The notes beneath the pieces are model-generated. The model did not search any database and had not been told where the DNA came from. It saw nothing but the letters and a program-made list of their open reading frames with translations. 64,000 nucleotides of DNA from an uncultured bacterium (GTDB taxonomy: Bacteria; Fidelibacterota; Marinisomatia; Marinisomatales; UBA1611). Of this stretch, positions 20,886 through 31,534 are shown piece after piece; positions within the stretch are counted from its first letter, which is position 1, and each line of letters starts with the position of its first letter. The translations under genes and the position numbers were made by a program. The stretch covers positions 15,588 to 79,587 of the forward strand of contig CBFIBM010000009.1 of NCBI GenBank assembly GCA_965660855.1, written 5' to 3'.

Positions 20886-21493
20886 AAACCTTTCAGTTTA
20901 AGATTTTTTAAATCTGATTTTAATTTTGAATAAGATCTGTATTGTAAAGAATTCATTCCAAAATCTATTGCTGCCTGTACGTTTTCTATTAAATCATCTA
21001 TAAATAGAGATTGCTCAGGAGTTGTTGAAGCTTTTTCTAAGGCAACTTTATATATATTACTATCTGGTTTACGTTCGCCAACCTCAAATGAATATATTTC
21101 TCCATCTGATAGAGTTGGGAAAATATATTTCTTTTTAATCTCATCTTCAATGTGTTGTGGATTAGTATTTGATAATAACCAAATTGAATAATATGGTTTT
21201 AACAATTTTATTAATTCAATTGTTTTTTTTTCCTTACCAAGTAAAAGTTTCCAAGCAGTCCAAAAATCAAATTCGTTTAAAACAGATAACTCTTTCAAAG
21301 ATTTTTTATAATTTAAAAACCAATCATTATTTGATATTAAACCTTTTTCATATTGATTATGGACATCATGAGGAAATGCCTCCTGTATTATTTTTTTATT
21401 AACCCCAGTGCATTTACTAATATGTTCATATGTCTTGTTTGGATGGATATCTATTAAGACACCACCAATATCAAAAAAAACTGTATTGATCAT
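20882..21493 (-). CDS. HAD-superfamily phosphatase (YihX-like)
   Basis: FDIGGVL, LSNT, KP, FIDD motifs; ATG at 21493 preferred over GTG at 21514. Confidence 0.9.
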   Translation of the reverse strand: MINTVFFDIGGVLIDIHPNKTYEHISKCTGVNKKIIQEAFPHDVHNQYEKGLISNNDWFLNYKKSLKELSVLNEFDFWTAWKLLLGKEKKTIELIKLLKPYYSIWLLSNTNPQHIEDEIKKKYIFPTLSDGEIYSFEVGERKPDSNIYKVALEKASTTPEQSLFIDDLIENVQAAIDFGMNSLQYRSYSKLKSDLKNLKLKGL

Positions 21494-21497
21494 ATTA

Positions 21498-22235
21498 TTA
21501 TGATTTTTTTTCACAGATGTATATCTGCAAACTACTAGACTCGTTCATCTTACTTCCATCATATGAGCCAAGCTTCTCTTTTATTTTTAAACTTGAACTT
21601 TCAAATAGAATATCCATCTCATGAGGATAATACATTTTTTGCTTAAATGTATACGTCTCTGGTTGTATAATTCCATTAACTTCCAAATTCCAAAATAAAG
21701 TGTTGATAGAAGAACTTTCCTCAAAAATATTTTTTTCCATTATTCTACATTTAGAGGATTTATAACTAAAATAGTCCGTGGCAGGGTAAAAATTATTTTG
21801 ATCACGGAACAAAAAAGATGGATCTGGGATGAAGATTGATAATAAAAATACTCCATTATCCGAAATATGCTTTGAGACACATTCAATTGTCTTATACGCA
21901 TCTTTAGTTGTAAGATTATGGAGAAACGAATTAAATCCAATAAAAATAAATTTAAATTTTTTATCTAAATTAAAATTTCTCATATCTCTTAATAAAAAAT
22001 TAGATTTTTGTTTGAATTTATTCTTAGCGGTATCTATAAATTCTTTACTAAAGTCAATTCCTGTATAATCTAAGCCTTGATCAATTATTATTTCTGATAA
22101 CCTTCCTGTTCCAGAAGCTAATTCCAGAACTGGTCCTCCATTTTTTTGACTGAATTTTGATATAAGTTCAGCATCAAGTGAATAATTTTGATGCATAGAA
22201 TCATATAAATCAGGGTATTGATATATATCTAACAA
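21498..22235 (-). CDS. Class I SAM-dependent methyltransferase
   Basis: VLELASGTGR, GIDFS, DMRNF. Confidence 0.9.
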   Translation of the reverse strand: MLDIYQYPDLYDSMHQNYSLDAELISKFSQKNGGPVLELASGTGRLSEIIIDQGLDYTGIDFSKEFIDTAKNKFKQKSNFLLRDMRNFNLDKKFKFIFIGFNSFLHNLTTKDAYKTIECVSKHISDNGVFLLSIFIPDPSFLFRDQNNFYPATDYFSYKSSKCRIMEKNIFEESSSINTLFWNLEVNGIIQPETYTFKQKMYYPHEMDILFESSSLKIKEKLGSYDGSKMNESSSLQIYICEKKS

Positions 22236-22243
22236 TCGTAAAG

Positions 22244-23326
22244 CTAATTAATTACTAATAAGTCTTTAGTTGTCTTATTTAAAATTTCACATCCCTCATC
22301 CCCAATAATCACATCATCTTCGATGCGTACTCCGCCCCAACCAGCCAGGTATATACCTGGCTCTATCGTCATAACATTGTTTTTTTCCAGAATTTGATTA
22401 CTTTGGGGACTAAATCTTGGAGAAGTATGTATTTCTAATCCTAAACCATGTCCAGTACCATGAGTATAATATTCTCCATAACCCATTTTACTTATATAAT
22501 CTCTAGTAGCAAAATCAACGTCTTTACATGGAACTCCTGATTTTGCTATTTCACATCCTCTCTTTTGAGCTTCTTTTACAATTTCATAAACTTCTTCATG
22601 CTTCTCTGACGATTTTCTCACAACTGGAGTTCTGGTCATATCTGCATGATAGCCACCATATTTAGCTGCAGCATCAATTACGATAAAATCACCTTCTTTA
22701 AATTCTCTATCAGTTGGTATAGCATGGGGTAATGCTCCGTTTGGCCCTGTTGCTACGATAGGTGAATACGCTTCTCCATCTGCATATTCTCTATATTTTG
22801 AAACCATCTTGTTTGCAACTTCTTTTTCAGTGTATCCTGGCTGAAGCATTGGAAGAATCTCCTCATAAACTTTATCTGTCACTTCAACTGCCGTACGAAT
22901 ACAATCCAATTCATGGTTGTCTTTAACTGCAGCTAAATTTTCTAAAATCATCGATGTGTTTTCCCATGATGTATTTGGAAAAGCTTTTAACATATTTTCA
23001 TATTGATCATAACTAACATGACTACCTTCAAAAGCTAATTTTAATCCATTTGGATTTAGTTTATTATCTTTTATTTGTTTAAAATGTGATCCCATAGAAA
23101 AATATGGATCAAATCCTTTAACTTGATTTTTTGCTTGTTCTATATACCTACCATCAGAAATAAAAAATTGACCATTCGGTGTAACTAAACAAGAGGCAGC
23201 AGAACCAGTAAATCCACAAATGTATCTAATATTTGTTAAATTTGAAATTAAAATTCCGTCTAAACCTTTTTCTCCCAATACAGATTTAAGCGCATTTTGT
23301 CTTTTAATATAGATTGATTCATTCAT
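22244..23326 (-). CDS. Xaa-Pro aminopeptidase (M24B)
   Basis: Creatinase-N domain, ADMTRT, HGTGHGLGLEIH, TIEPGIY, GVRIEDD. Confidence 0.95.
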   Translation of the reverse strand: MNESIYIKRQNALKSVLGEKGLDGILISNLTNIRYICGFTGSAASCLVTPNGQFFISDGRYIEQAKNQVKGFDPYFSMGSHFKQIKDNKLNPNGLKLAFEGSHVSYDQYENMLKAFPNTSWENTSMILENLAAVKDNHELDCIRTAVEVTDKVYEEILPMLQPGYTEKEVANKMVSKYREYADGEAYSPIVATGPNGALPHAIPTDREFKEGDFIVIDAAAKYGGYHADMTRTPVVRKSSEKHEEVYEIVKEAQKRGCEIAKSGVPCKDVDFATRDYISKMGYGEYYTHGTGHGLGLEIHTSPRFSPQSNQILEKNNVMTIEPGIYLAGWGGVRIEDDVIIGDEGCEILNKTTKDLLVIN

Positions 23327-24028
23327 TCATTCATCCTTTTGTAATTTTTTAATTAGAGTTTGTATTGTTTCTCTTTCTAATGAAATAGATTCAAGACTCT
23401 CACCTTTATTTTCAAGAGCATCTAATACATCTAAAGCTTGTTCAAATAAACCTTGATTTTTTAAAACAGATACAAGAGTGAATGTTGCTAATTTTGAGCT
23501 TACTTTTAAAGGCTTGCTTATTTCACTTTCTACTTCTTGGATAGATGTTTTATTTAATTTAGGAATAGAGGGTGTTTTTATGATTTTCTTTTTGATTTTC
23601 TTTTTTACAATATTTTGTACTTCAGTTGGTTCTTCAACTTTTTTGATGAAACTTTTTGCAATCTCATGATGTGGATCTAATTCTAAAACACGTTTCCATG
23701 ATTTTAAAAGTCTGCTAGAAGCACGGCCTAAAACCGTTTGTATTTCACATAACATTTCTGACGCTGCTAAGTGCTTATTTGAATAAGTTAGGACTTGCTC
23801 TAATAATTTTTCTGCTTCTTTATAATCTCCTTCGATGTTATTTATTTTTGCAAGTATAAATAAACCTGCTGAATCATTTTTATGATGCTTTAATCCTATA
23901 TCACAAACTTTTCTTGCTCGTTTAAGATCATTTTTATGTAAATACATATCAGCTAATACTGGGAAAAGTACTGTATCAAAGTGATCTGCAAAATATAACT
24001 CAAGTTCAATTTGATTATTTAAATTCAT
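23327..24028 (-). CDS. TPR-containing hypothetical protein
   Basis: Helical TPR-like repeats, low-complexity linker, C-terminal TLVSVLKNQG helix pair. Confidence 0.7.
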   Translation of the reverse strand: MNLNNQIELELYFADHFDTVLFPVLADMYLHKNDLKRARKVCDIGLKHHKNDSAGLFILAKINNIEGDYKEAEKLLEQVLTYSNKHLAASEMLCEIQTVLGRASSRLLKSWKRVLELDPHHEIAKSFIKKVEEPTEVQNIVKKKIKKKIIKTPSIPKLNKTSIQEVESEISKPLKVSSKLATFTLVSVLKNQGLFEQALDVLDALENKGESLESISLERETIQTLIKKLQKDE

Positions 24029-24029
24029 A

Positions 24030-24434
24030 TTAACGCCTGTTTTCGTTAACCCAGTTAGTTATATAGTCTATTGTTTCTTTTACTGGTGTACCTGGACCAA
24101 ATAATTTACCGACTCCCTCTTTTTCTAGCTTATTTATATCTTTTTGAGGTATTATACCTCCTCCAACTAAAAGAACATCATTTAATTTTTTTTCTTTCAT
24201 TAATTTTAAAACGTTTTTAAAAATAGTGTTATGAGCATTATTTAAACTTGATAATGCAATTACATCTGCATCTTCTTGTAATGCTGCATGTACAATCATC
24301 TCAGGTGTTTGCCTCAAACCTAAGTAAATAACTTCCATCCCAGCATCACGATAAGATGACGCTAATACTTTTATGCCTCTATCATGACCGTCTAGTCCAG
24401 GTTTTCCCATAACGATTCTTATTTTACGTTCCAT
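24030..24434 (-). CDS. Stand-alone cobalamin-binding domain (methylmalonyl-CoA mutase small subunit type)
   Basis: KPGLDGHDRG (DxHxxG), VIYLGLRQTPE, GGIIP, FGPGT. Confidence 0.93.
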   Translation of the reverse strand: MERKIRIVMGKPGLDGHDRGIKVLASSYRDAGMEVIYLGLRQTPEMIVHAALQEDADVIALSSLNNAHNTIFKNVLKLMKEKKLNDVLLVGGGIIPQKDINKLEKEGVGKLFGPGTPVKETIDYITNWVNENRR

Positions 24435-24479
24435 AATATTAATAAGTTAGTTGCAAAGTATAAAACTTCATAATCATGT

Positions 24480-24914
24480 TTAACCTTCTAATATAAATGT
24501 TGCAGGACCATCATTGATTAATTCAATTTTCATATCTTCACCAAAAATACCTGTTCCCACAGAAATCTCTTTCTTAATCTCTTTTATAAAAGAATTATAT
24601 AAGTTTTCTGAAATTTTAGGGTTTGCTGCATTAGAATAACTAGGTCTTCGACCTTTCGTTGTTCCAGCACAAAGAGTGAATTGGCTAATAATTAGAGCTG
24701 ATCCATTAACTTCTCTGATAGATAAATTCATCTTCTGGTTAAAATCATTAAAGACTCTAAGGTTTAGAACTCTTTTTGCTAATAGTTTAGTTTTCAATTC
24801 ATTATCACCCTTATCAATTCCAATAAAAATAACTAATCCTTGACTTATTTTAGCAATAATTTTTTTGTTAACAGAAACACTCGCTTTTTTACATCTTTGT
24901 ATAAGTACTTTCAT
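24480..24914 (-). CDS. dtd: D-aminoacyl-tRNA deacylase
   Basis: SQFTL, KGRRPSY, NDGP. Confidence 0.97.
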   Translation of the reverse strand: MKVLIQRCKKASVSVNKKIIAKISQGLVIFIGIDKGDNELKTKLLAKRVLNLRVFNDFNQKMNLSIREVNGSALIISQFTLCAGTTKGRRPSYSNAANPKISENLYNSFIKEIKKEISVGTGIFGEDMKIELINDGPATFILEG

Positions 24915-24917
24915 TAA

Positions 24918-27900
24918 TTAATCTACCCATACATTTTCTTTACCATATTTCGTTCTCAAGGTTTGGATAAATAAACTATCTGTAGTCACCATTATATTAT
25001 GGGCTATTATTTTAAGTGGTTTGACTGATCCTTGGTTTGGTAAGTGAAAAATCAACCTACAGTTACCTTGATTCTTTCTTGCTAGGTACATTAGTTCTTC
25101 CACATCTTCACCTTCAACCTGACCAGAAGAAAATTTAATATTCAATCTTTGTGATAGCCTCTCCCTCACTTGTTTAACAGGGATAATTTCTTCTGATATT
25201 ATTTTTAAATCAGAAAAATCAGAACCCTCTGAAAGTTTACCTTTTATGAAAACAACGCTTTCTTCTTCAATAAGATTTCCAAATGACTTAAAACAATCAC
25301 TGAATGCGATTACCTCAGCATGGCCACCGAGACAATCTAGGTCAAAAAATGCCATTTCTCTATTCCTTCTATCAAACCGACGAACAATGCGAGTAATCAT
25401 ACCTCCAATAATAACCACATCTTTATTATTTATATTATTTTGATCTTCAAATGATATAGATGTGAACTCTTCTAAATCTTCTGAATGCTCTAATAAAGGA
25501 TGTCCCGAAACATAAAAACCAAGAACTTCTTTCTCTTTTGCTAAGGATTCCTTTTCAGACCAATCTGGAATACTTTTTAAAGAAGGAACCTTAATTAACT
25601 CTTCCTCCATACCAACATTCCCAAACATATCAACTTGATTTCGATTGGTTTCGCTTTGCATCTGCTGGCCATATTTGATTGCATCATCAACAGCTGAAAA
25701 TTTCTGGTTACGATTTCCTTCAATAGAGTCTAATGCTCCAGACATTATTAAACTCTCTAAAACTCTTTTATTTACTTTTTGTTGATCTACGCGAGCGCAG
25801 AGATCAAAGATAGAATCATATTGGCCATTATTATCTCTATCATATATAATAGTTTCTAAAGCTTTTAAGCCTACATTTTTTATTGCATTTAATCCATACG
25901 AGATTGTTGAATCATTAATAGGGCGAAAGTCTTCATATGATATATTGATATTCGGTGGAACTACTTCTATACCCATTTTTTTACTTTCATTTATTAGAAT
26001 TACTACTCTATCTATTGTCCTCATTTCACTGGTAAGATTTGCACTCATAAACTCAGCAGTATGATGAACCTTAAGCCATGCAGTTTGATAAGCAACATAC
26101 GCGTAAGCAGTCGAATGACTTTTATTAAATCCATATTGTGCAAACTTTTCAATTAACGCAAAAATTTCTTCAGCTTTTTCCTTTTTTATTTTGTTTTTTT
26201 CTGCACCTTTTACAAATTTTATTGATAGTTCGTCCATAAGCGATTTTATTTTTTTCCCCATCGCTCTTCTCATAATATCTGCTTCAGCAAGAGTGAAACC
26301 AGCAATTTCATTAGCAATTTGCATAACCTGTTCTTGATAAACAATTATACCATAAGTTTCATTTAAAATTGGCTCCATTTTTGCATGCGCATATGAAATA
26401 TTTTTTTCACCATGTTTTCTAGAAATAAAACTGTCAATATTTTCCATAGGCCCGGGCCTATATAGTGCATTCATTGCAATAAGATCTTCGATAACTGTAG
26501 GTTTTAATTTTTTTAAAAATTCACGCATACCTGATGATTCAAATTGAAACACACCTATCGTATTTCCTTTTGCAAATAATTGATAAACATCATCATCATT
26601 TAAAGGAACCTTTTCTATATCTAGAGTTACCCCTTTTTCTTGTATTAACTTCACCGCCTTATCAATAACTGTTAAATTTCTTAATCCTAAAAAGTCTAGC
26701 TTTAAAAGCCCAATTTCCTCAAGGCCTTTCATATCATATTGGCTAGTCACATCATTGGTAGATGATTTATATAATGGGACATAGTCAGTAAGGTCACCTG
26801 GCGCAATGACAACGCCTGCAGCATGGATAGATGCATGCCTATGCATTCCTTCTAGGACTTTTGAATGTGACATTAACTCTTTAAAGTCTCCATCTGCCAT
26901 TTTTGTTAGCTCAGGGCTTTTCTTTAAGGCTGCATCAAGTGTTATATTTAATTCATTTGGGATTGCTTTTGCAATTTTATCTACTTCTCCAAAATTATAT
27001 CCCATAACTCGCCCAACATCACGTACAACTTGTTTAGCTTTCATTTTACCAAAAGTTATTATTTGCGTTACCGAATTATCACCATACTGATCTTTAATAT
27101 AATCTATAACTTCGCCTCTTCTTTCTATGCAAAAGTCAATATCAATATCAGGCATACTTATTCGCTCAGGATTTAAAAAACGTTCAAATAAAAGATTATG
27201 CTTTAATGGATCTATGCTTGTTATACCAAGTGCATAAGAAACAAGACTTCCAGCAGCTGAACCTCTTCCGGGGCCTACTGGTATATTTGAATCTTTTGCA
27301 TATTTTACAAAATCAGCAGTAATTAAAAAATAACCAGCAAAGCCCATGTTTTTTATTACTAGAAGTTCATGGTTTATTCTTTTTTGAATACTTGGTGTTA
27401 ATTCTCCATATAATGATTCTGCTCCAGCTTTGGTTAGTAGTTTCAAATAACTATCTGGATCCTGAGTAATTGCCTCAGGAGGTATCGGAAAATTCGGTAA
27501 ATGATATTCACCCATAGGTATTTCTAAATCGATACTATCAGAAATCAGACGTGTATTTTCAATTGCATTTGGGAAAGCTTTAAATAGGTTGTGCATTTCA
27601 TCCTGTGATTTAAAATAAAATTCAGGTGTTGCATATCTTAAACGATTTGGATCACTACGCTCTTTTCCAGTTCCTAAACAAATGTGAATATCATGTGCCT
27701 CCCAGTGCTCTTTTCTAGCATAATGAGCATCATTTGTACAAACCAATGGAAGGTTTAATTCTTGAGACAACTTTTTCATATTTTTCAAATTAGCTTCTTC
27801 TTCAGGGATACCATGATTTTGTATTTCTAAATAATATCTATTTGGAAAAATTTCTGAAAATGTAATAGCCGCTTTTTTTGCACCTTCATAATCACCCCGT

Positions 27901-28352
27901 AACATACGTTCGGGTACTTCACCTTTTAAACAAGCAGACATGCAAATTAAGCCTTCATTATATTCTCTCAGAAGATCTATGTCTATTCTAGGACGATAAT
28001 AAAACCCTTCTAAATAACCAGCGGTGACAAGCTTCATTAAATTTTTATAACCGGTATAGTTTTGAGCAAGTAGAATGAGATGATTATTCCCCCAACCATG
28101 TTCTGAAGTAGTCTTTTTATCAAACCTACTTCCAACTGCAACATATATTTCACACCCAATTATTGGTTTTATACCTGCTTTTTTTGCCGCTTTATAATAA
28201 GGAAGTACACTAAACATATTTCCATGCTCTGTTAAAGCAACTGAGTCCATTTTTAAATCGTCAATCGTATCAACCAACTGGCTAACTTTCTGTGCTCCAT
28301 CAAGGAGACTATAGTCAGAATGATTATGTAAATGGACAAATTCAGATTTCAT
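24918..28352 (-). CDS. dnaE: DNA polymerase III alpha subunit
   Basis: PHP HLHNHSDYSLLDG, GPGRGSAAGS, MPDIDIDF, YGFNKSH, OB fold. Confidence 0.99.
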   Translation of the reverse strand: MKSEFVHLHNHSDYSLLDGAQKVSQLVDTIDDLKMDSVALTEHGNMFSVLPYYKAAKKAGIKPIIGCEIYVAVGSRFDKKTTSEHGWGNNHLILLAQNYTGYKNLMKLVTAGYLEGFYYRPRIDIDLLREYNEGLICMSACLKGEVPERMLRGDYEGAKKAAITFSEIFPNRYYLEIQNHGIPEEEANLKNMKKLSQELNLPLVCTNDAHYARKEHWEAHDIHICLGTGKERSDPNRLRYATPEFYFKSQDEMHNLFKAFPNAIENTRLISDSIDLEIPMGEYHLPNFPIPPEAITQDPDSYLKLLTKAGAESLYGELTPSIQKRINHELLVIKNMGFAGYFLITADFVKYAKDSNIPVGPGRGSAAGSLVSYALGITSIDPLKHNLLFERFLNPERISMPDIDIDFCIERRGEVIDYIKDQYGDNSVTQIITFGKMKAKQVVRDVGRVMGYNFGEVDKIAKAIPNELNITLDAALKKSPELTKMADGDFKELMSHSKVLEGMHRHASIHAAGVVIAPGDLTDYVPLYKSSTNDVTSQYDMKGLEEIGLLKLDFLGLRNLTVIDKAVKLIQEKGVTLDIEKVPLNDDDVYQLFAKGNTIGVFQFESSGMREFLKKLKPTVIEDLIAMNALYRPGPMENIDSFISRKHGEKNISYAHAKMEPILNETYGIIVYQEQVMQIANEIAGFTLAEADIMRRAMGKKIKSLMDELSIKFVKGAEKNKIKKEKAEEIFALIEKFAQYGFNKSHSTAYAYVAYQTAWLKVHHTAEFMSANLTSEMRTIDRVVILINESKKMGIEVVPPNINISYEDFRPINDSTISYGLNAIKNVGLKALETIIYDRDNNGQYDSIFDLCARVDQQKVNKRVLESLIMSGALDSIEGNRNQKFSAVDDAIKYGQQMQSETNRNQVDMFGNVGMEEELIKVPSLKSIPDWSEKESLAKEKEVLGFYVSGHPLLEHSEDLEEFTSISFEDQNNINNKDVVIIGGMITRIVRRFDRRNREMAFFDLDCLGGHAEVIAFSDCFKSFGNLIEEESVVFIKGKLSEGSDFSDLKIISEEIIPVKQVRERLSQRLNIKFSSGQVEGEDVEELMYLARKNQGNCRLIFHLPNQGSVKPLKIIAHNIMVTTDSLFIQTLRTKYGKENVWVD

Positions 28353-29197
28353 AAAATAGTTCCAGTATAAATTGAAATTAAACCCATGATTATACTAATT
28401 TTTAAGATACTTGCTGCACTTTTAGAAGACTTAATTCCGGGATTTTTGTACATCGAAAATACTATAATCCCTAGTGGAATCTCAACTCCTAGAATTAAAA
28501 AGATTAGATAATAAATACTATAAATATTATATACATAAGGTAAAATGAAAATTATTCCAGAAAAAATACTAAGAACAATTACAAGCTTTACAGACTTTTC
28601 TATTCCATAGTGTATAGGGAAAGTTTTCATTCCAGAGATTTTATCCCCTTTAATATCTGAAATATCTTTTATTAACTCCCTTAAAAAAGAAAGTAAAAAA
28701 CACAGTACCATCGGAACTTTCATAGAAGAAATAGAACCATACGCAACGCCGCAAAATAAAAAAGATAGACTTATTGTAAACGCTACTGCAACATTTCCAA
28801 TTAGCGGTAACTTTTTTAAATAAGATGTATACAAAACCATGATTGGCATTGCAACAAATACTCCAATAAATTCTGCTTTGTTATTTAATTTCATACATAA
28901 TAAGCAACCTAAGATGAAAAATAACATAGCAATATAAAAAGCAACATTTCTTTTTACGTCCCCTTTAGGAATTGGTCTAAGGGGCCTGTTTATTTTATCA
29001 ATCTCATAATCTACATAATCATTTAAAACATTTGATCCTGCAGTAAATAGCATTACAATTCCAGCAAGTAATAAAAATAGGCTACTATTATTTTCACCAC
29101 CTATAATATTCGATGCAATAAATATAGAAAAACCACTTATAAGAACATTTAATGGTCTGATCAAAGATATATGAGAAATCAATAACTTGTATAACAT
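28349..29197 (-). CDS. UbiA-family prenyltransferase, DGGGP-synthase-like
   Basis: LIRPLN, NDYVDYEIDKINRPLRPIP, LKKLPLIGN, RELIKDISDIKGD. Confidence 0.8.
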   Translation of the reverse strand: MLYKLLISHISLIRPLNVLISGFSIFIASNIIGGENNSSLFLLLAGIVMLFTAGSNVLNDYVDYEIDKINRPLRPIPKGDVKRNVAFYIAMLFFILGCLLCMKLNNKAEFIGVFVAMPIMVLYTSYLKKLPLIGNVAVAFTISLSFLFCGVAYGSISSMKVPMVLCFLLSFLRELIKDISDIKGDKISGMKTFPIHYGIEKSVKLVIVLSIFSGIIFILPYVYNIYSIYYLIFLILGVEIPLGIIVFSMYKNPGIKSSKSAASILKISIIMGLISIYTGTIL

Positions 29198-30055
29198 TTA
29201 TTTATTTATCTTTATGATAAGTATTCTTTCATCACCATTAAAATCTTTTTCTAGAAGATTTAAATATCCTAAGTTTGAAAAAATTTCAGAAACTTTTTTG
29301 GGATGATCTCCATTCCCTACCTCTAAAATAATATAGCCTCTATTCCGTACAAGGCTTGGAACGATTTCTGCAAACCTTCTATAAAATTTATATCCATCTT
29401 CATAGTCCGTAAGTGCTTTTAAGGGTTCATAGTCTTTTACATCTTTCATTAAAGTCTTTACTTTAGTCTCTCCAATATAAGGAGGATTAGAAATAAAGAG
29501 ATCAAACATACCAACTGGTTTATTTTTGATTATATCCATTTCTTTAAATGTAACATTACTGACATCATATTTAATTTTATTTTTATTTGCTACTTTAATT
29601 GCTTTTGAGCATATATCGACAGCTAGAATCTGAGCACTTTCTATCTCTAACCCTAAAGTCAAAGAGATACAGCCTGATCCACTCCCAACCTCTAATATTT
29701 TAGGATTCTTTAAATGAGTTAATTTATCAATTGATAAATCAATTAAACGCTCTGTCTCTGGACGTGGAATAAGGACATGATGGTTAACATAGAAATCCCT
29801 TCCATAAAAATTTGAATTATTTGTTATATATTGTAACGGTTCATAATTGAGACGTCTTTTAATCCATTCTTTAAGAATTTTTAGTTGAGGTTTTGTTACT
29901 GGCTCTTCAAACCTAATATATATATCAATTCTTTTACATTTAAACAAAGAGCATAATAACCATTCAATTTCTCTTCTGGGGTTATCAAATTCTTTTTCGT
30001 TAAAATATTTTTTTGCCCATTGAATAATGTCAATAATTCTCCAAACTTTAGACAT
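29198..30055 (-). CDS. prmC: Release factor glutamine methyltransferase
   Basis: EPLQYI, VLIPRPETE, GSGSGC, SNPPY; directly downstream of prfA. Confidence 0.97.
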   Translation of the reverse strand: MSKVWRIIDIIQWAKKYFNEKEFDNPRREIEWLLCSLFKCKRIDIYIRFEEPVTKPQLKILKEWIKRRLNYEPLQYITNNSNFYGRDFYVNHHVLIPRPETERLIDLSIDKLTHLKNPKILEVGSGSGCISLTLGLEIESAQILAVDICSKAIKVANKNKIKYDVSNVTFKEMDIIKNKPVGMFDLFISNPPYIGETKVKTLMKDVKDYEPLKALTDYEDGYKFYRRFAEIVPSLVRNRGYIILEVGNGDHPKKVSEIFSNLGYLNLLEKDFNGDERILIIKINK

Positions 30056-30095
30056 ATTTAAACTTTTAAATCAATTTACTTTTAAAGCAATCAAG

Positions 30096-31163
30096 TTAGG
30101 TCGTTTCTGAAGCCATTATTTCTTGTTGCTCTGCAATCTTAAGTTCTTCAATTATTTCAGTTATATCACCGTCTAAAATTTCATTTAACCGATAAGATGT
30201 AAAGTTAATTCGATGATCCGTTACCCTACCTTGTGGAAAATTATATGTTCTAATTTTTGCAGATCTATCCCCTGTGGAAACTAAGCTTTTCCTTTGCGCA
30301 GCTCGTTTAGATGCAGCTTTTTCTTCTTCTGCTGCTAACATCCTAGACTTTAGAACTTTTAATGCAGCGGCACGATTTTTGTGCTGCGAAGATTCATCTT
30401 GACAAGTTACAACTAAACCAGTGGGTATGTGGGTAATACGAATTGCTGATTCTGTTTTATTTACATGTTGTCCACCTGCACCACTCGCTCTATAAGTATC
30501 AATTTTTAAATCTGATTCATTAATATTGACATCTACATCTTTAGCTTCAGGTAGCACTGCAATGGTAGCTGCAGAAGTATGAACTCGCCCACTAGTTTCT
30601 GTTTTAGGCACTCTTTGTACTCGATGTACACCACTTTCATATTTAAGCATTCCATATGCACCAGAACCTTTAATAGAAAGTATAACCTCTTTAAATCCAC
30701 CTATTCCTGTTTCAGATGAATCTAAAACTTTAAAATTCCAATTTTTCCTTTCTGAATATCGTGTATAAATCCTGTATAAATCTGAAGCAAAAAGCGCCGC
30801 TTCATCCCCTCCAGTTCCCGCTCTAATTTCTAATATTAAATTTTTATCATCATTTGGGTTTTTAGGTAGTAATAAAACTTTTAATTCTTCTTCTAATTTT
30901 TCAAGTTCACTTTCTAAGTCTGAAATTTCGTCTTCGGCTATCTTTTTTAATTCTTCGTCATCAGTTTCGAGCATTGCTTTATCATCAATTATAAGATCGA
31001 AAACTTTTATATATCTTTTACCAACTTTTACTAGATCTTCTAGCGAGCTATGCTCTTTTGCGATATTTGTGAGTTTCTCTTGATCTCCAAAAACCTCAGG
31101 ATCTGCCATTTGCTCAGCTAAACTGGAATGCTTATTAATTATTTCAATTAGTTTTTCTTTCAA
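30096..31163 (-). CDS. prfA: Peptide chain release factor 1
   Basis: GTGGDEA, RVPKT (PxT), [18 protein letters not shown] start. Confidence 0.98.
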   Translation of the reverse strand: MKEKLIEIINKHSSLAEQMADPEVFGDQEKLTNIAKEHSSLEDLVKVGKRYIKVFDLIIDDKAMLETDDEELKKIAEDEISDLESELEKLEEELKVLLLPKNPNDDKNLILEIRAGTGGDEAALFASDLYRIYTRYSERKNWNFKVLDSSETGIGGFKEVILSIKGSGAYGMLKYESGVHRVQRVPKTETSGRVHTSAATIAVLPEAKDVDVNINESDLKIDTYRASGAGGQHVNKTESAIRITHIPTGLVVTCQDESSQHKNRAAALKVLKSRMLAAEEEKAASKRAAQRKSLVSTGDRSAKIRTYNFPQGRVTDHRINFTSYRLNEILDGDITEIIEELKIAEQQEIMASETT

Positions 31164-31239
31164 AACTTCACCATTATATTAATTATTGCTTTTTAAATAA
31201 TTAAAGCAAACTTGAAAAAAGTATATGTAATAAAATTCT

Positions 31240-31267
31240 CATCTAACTATATGTGTTTAGTTAGATG
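31240..31267 (-). terminator. Hairpin downstream of rpmE, probable intrinsic terminator
   Basis: Perfect 10-bp stem CATCTAACTA/TAGTTAGATG with 8-nt loop, followed on the minus strand by AGAATTTTATT. Confidence 0.6.
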
Positions 31268-31282
31268 TGTAGAAATTATCTT

Positions 31283-31531
31283 TTATTTTTGTCCATATTT
31301 TCTATTGAATTTTTCAATTCTTCCAGCCGTATCAACAAGATTTTGTTTCCCAGTAAAAAATGGGTGAGATTTATTTGAAATTTCTATTGTGCACAAAGGA
31401 TAATCATTCCCATCATCCCACTTTATAGTCTCTTTGGTCTCGACTGTTGAACGGGTTAGAAAAGTATGATCACAAGATGTATCTTTAAACACAACTAACC
31501 TATAATTCTTTGGATGTCCTTCTTTTTTCAT
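31283..31531 (-). CDS. rpmE: 50S ribosomal protein L31, type B (zinc-free)
   Basis: [35 protein letters not shown]; no CxxC pairs. Confidence 0.97.
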   Translation of the reverse strand: MKKEGHPKNYRLVVFKDTSCDHTFLTRSTVETKETIKWDDGNDYPLCTIEISNKSHPFFTGKQNLVDTAGRIEKFNRKYGQK

Positions 31532-31534
31532 ATT

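Noticed and set aside
23317..23334. (ATTC)4 microsatellite as a phase-variation switch
   Set aside because: Explained by coding at a stop/start junction (GAT GAA TGA ATG AAT GAA); only four units.
31186..31209. TTGCTTT...AAAGCAA inverted repeat upstream of prfA
   Set aside because: Short and AT-rich; cannot be told apart from chance or promoter sequence.
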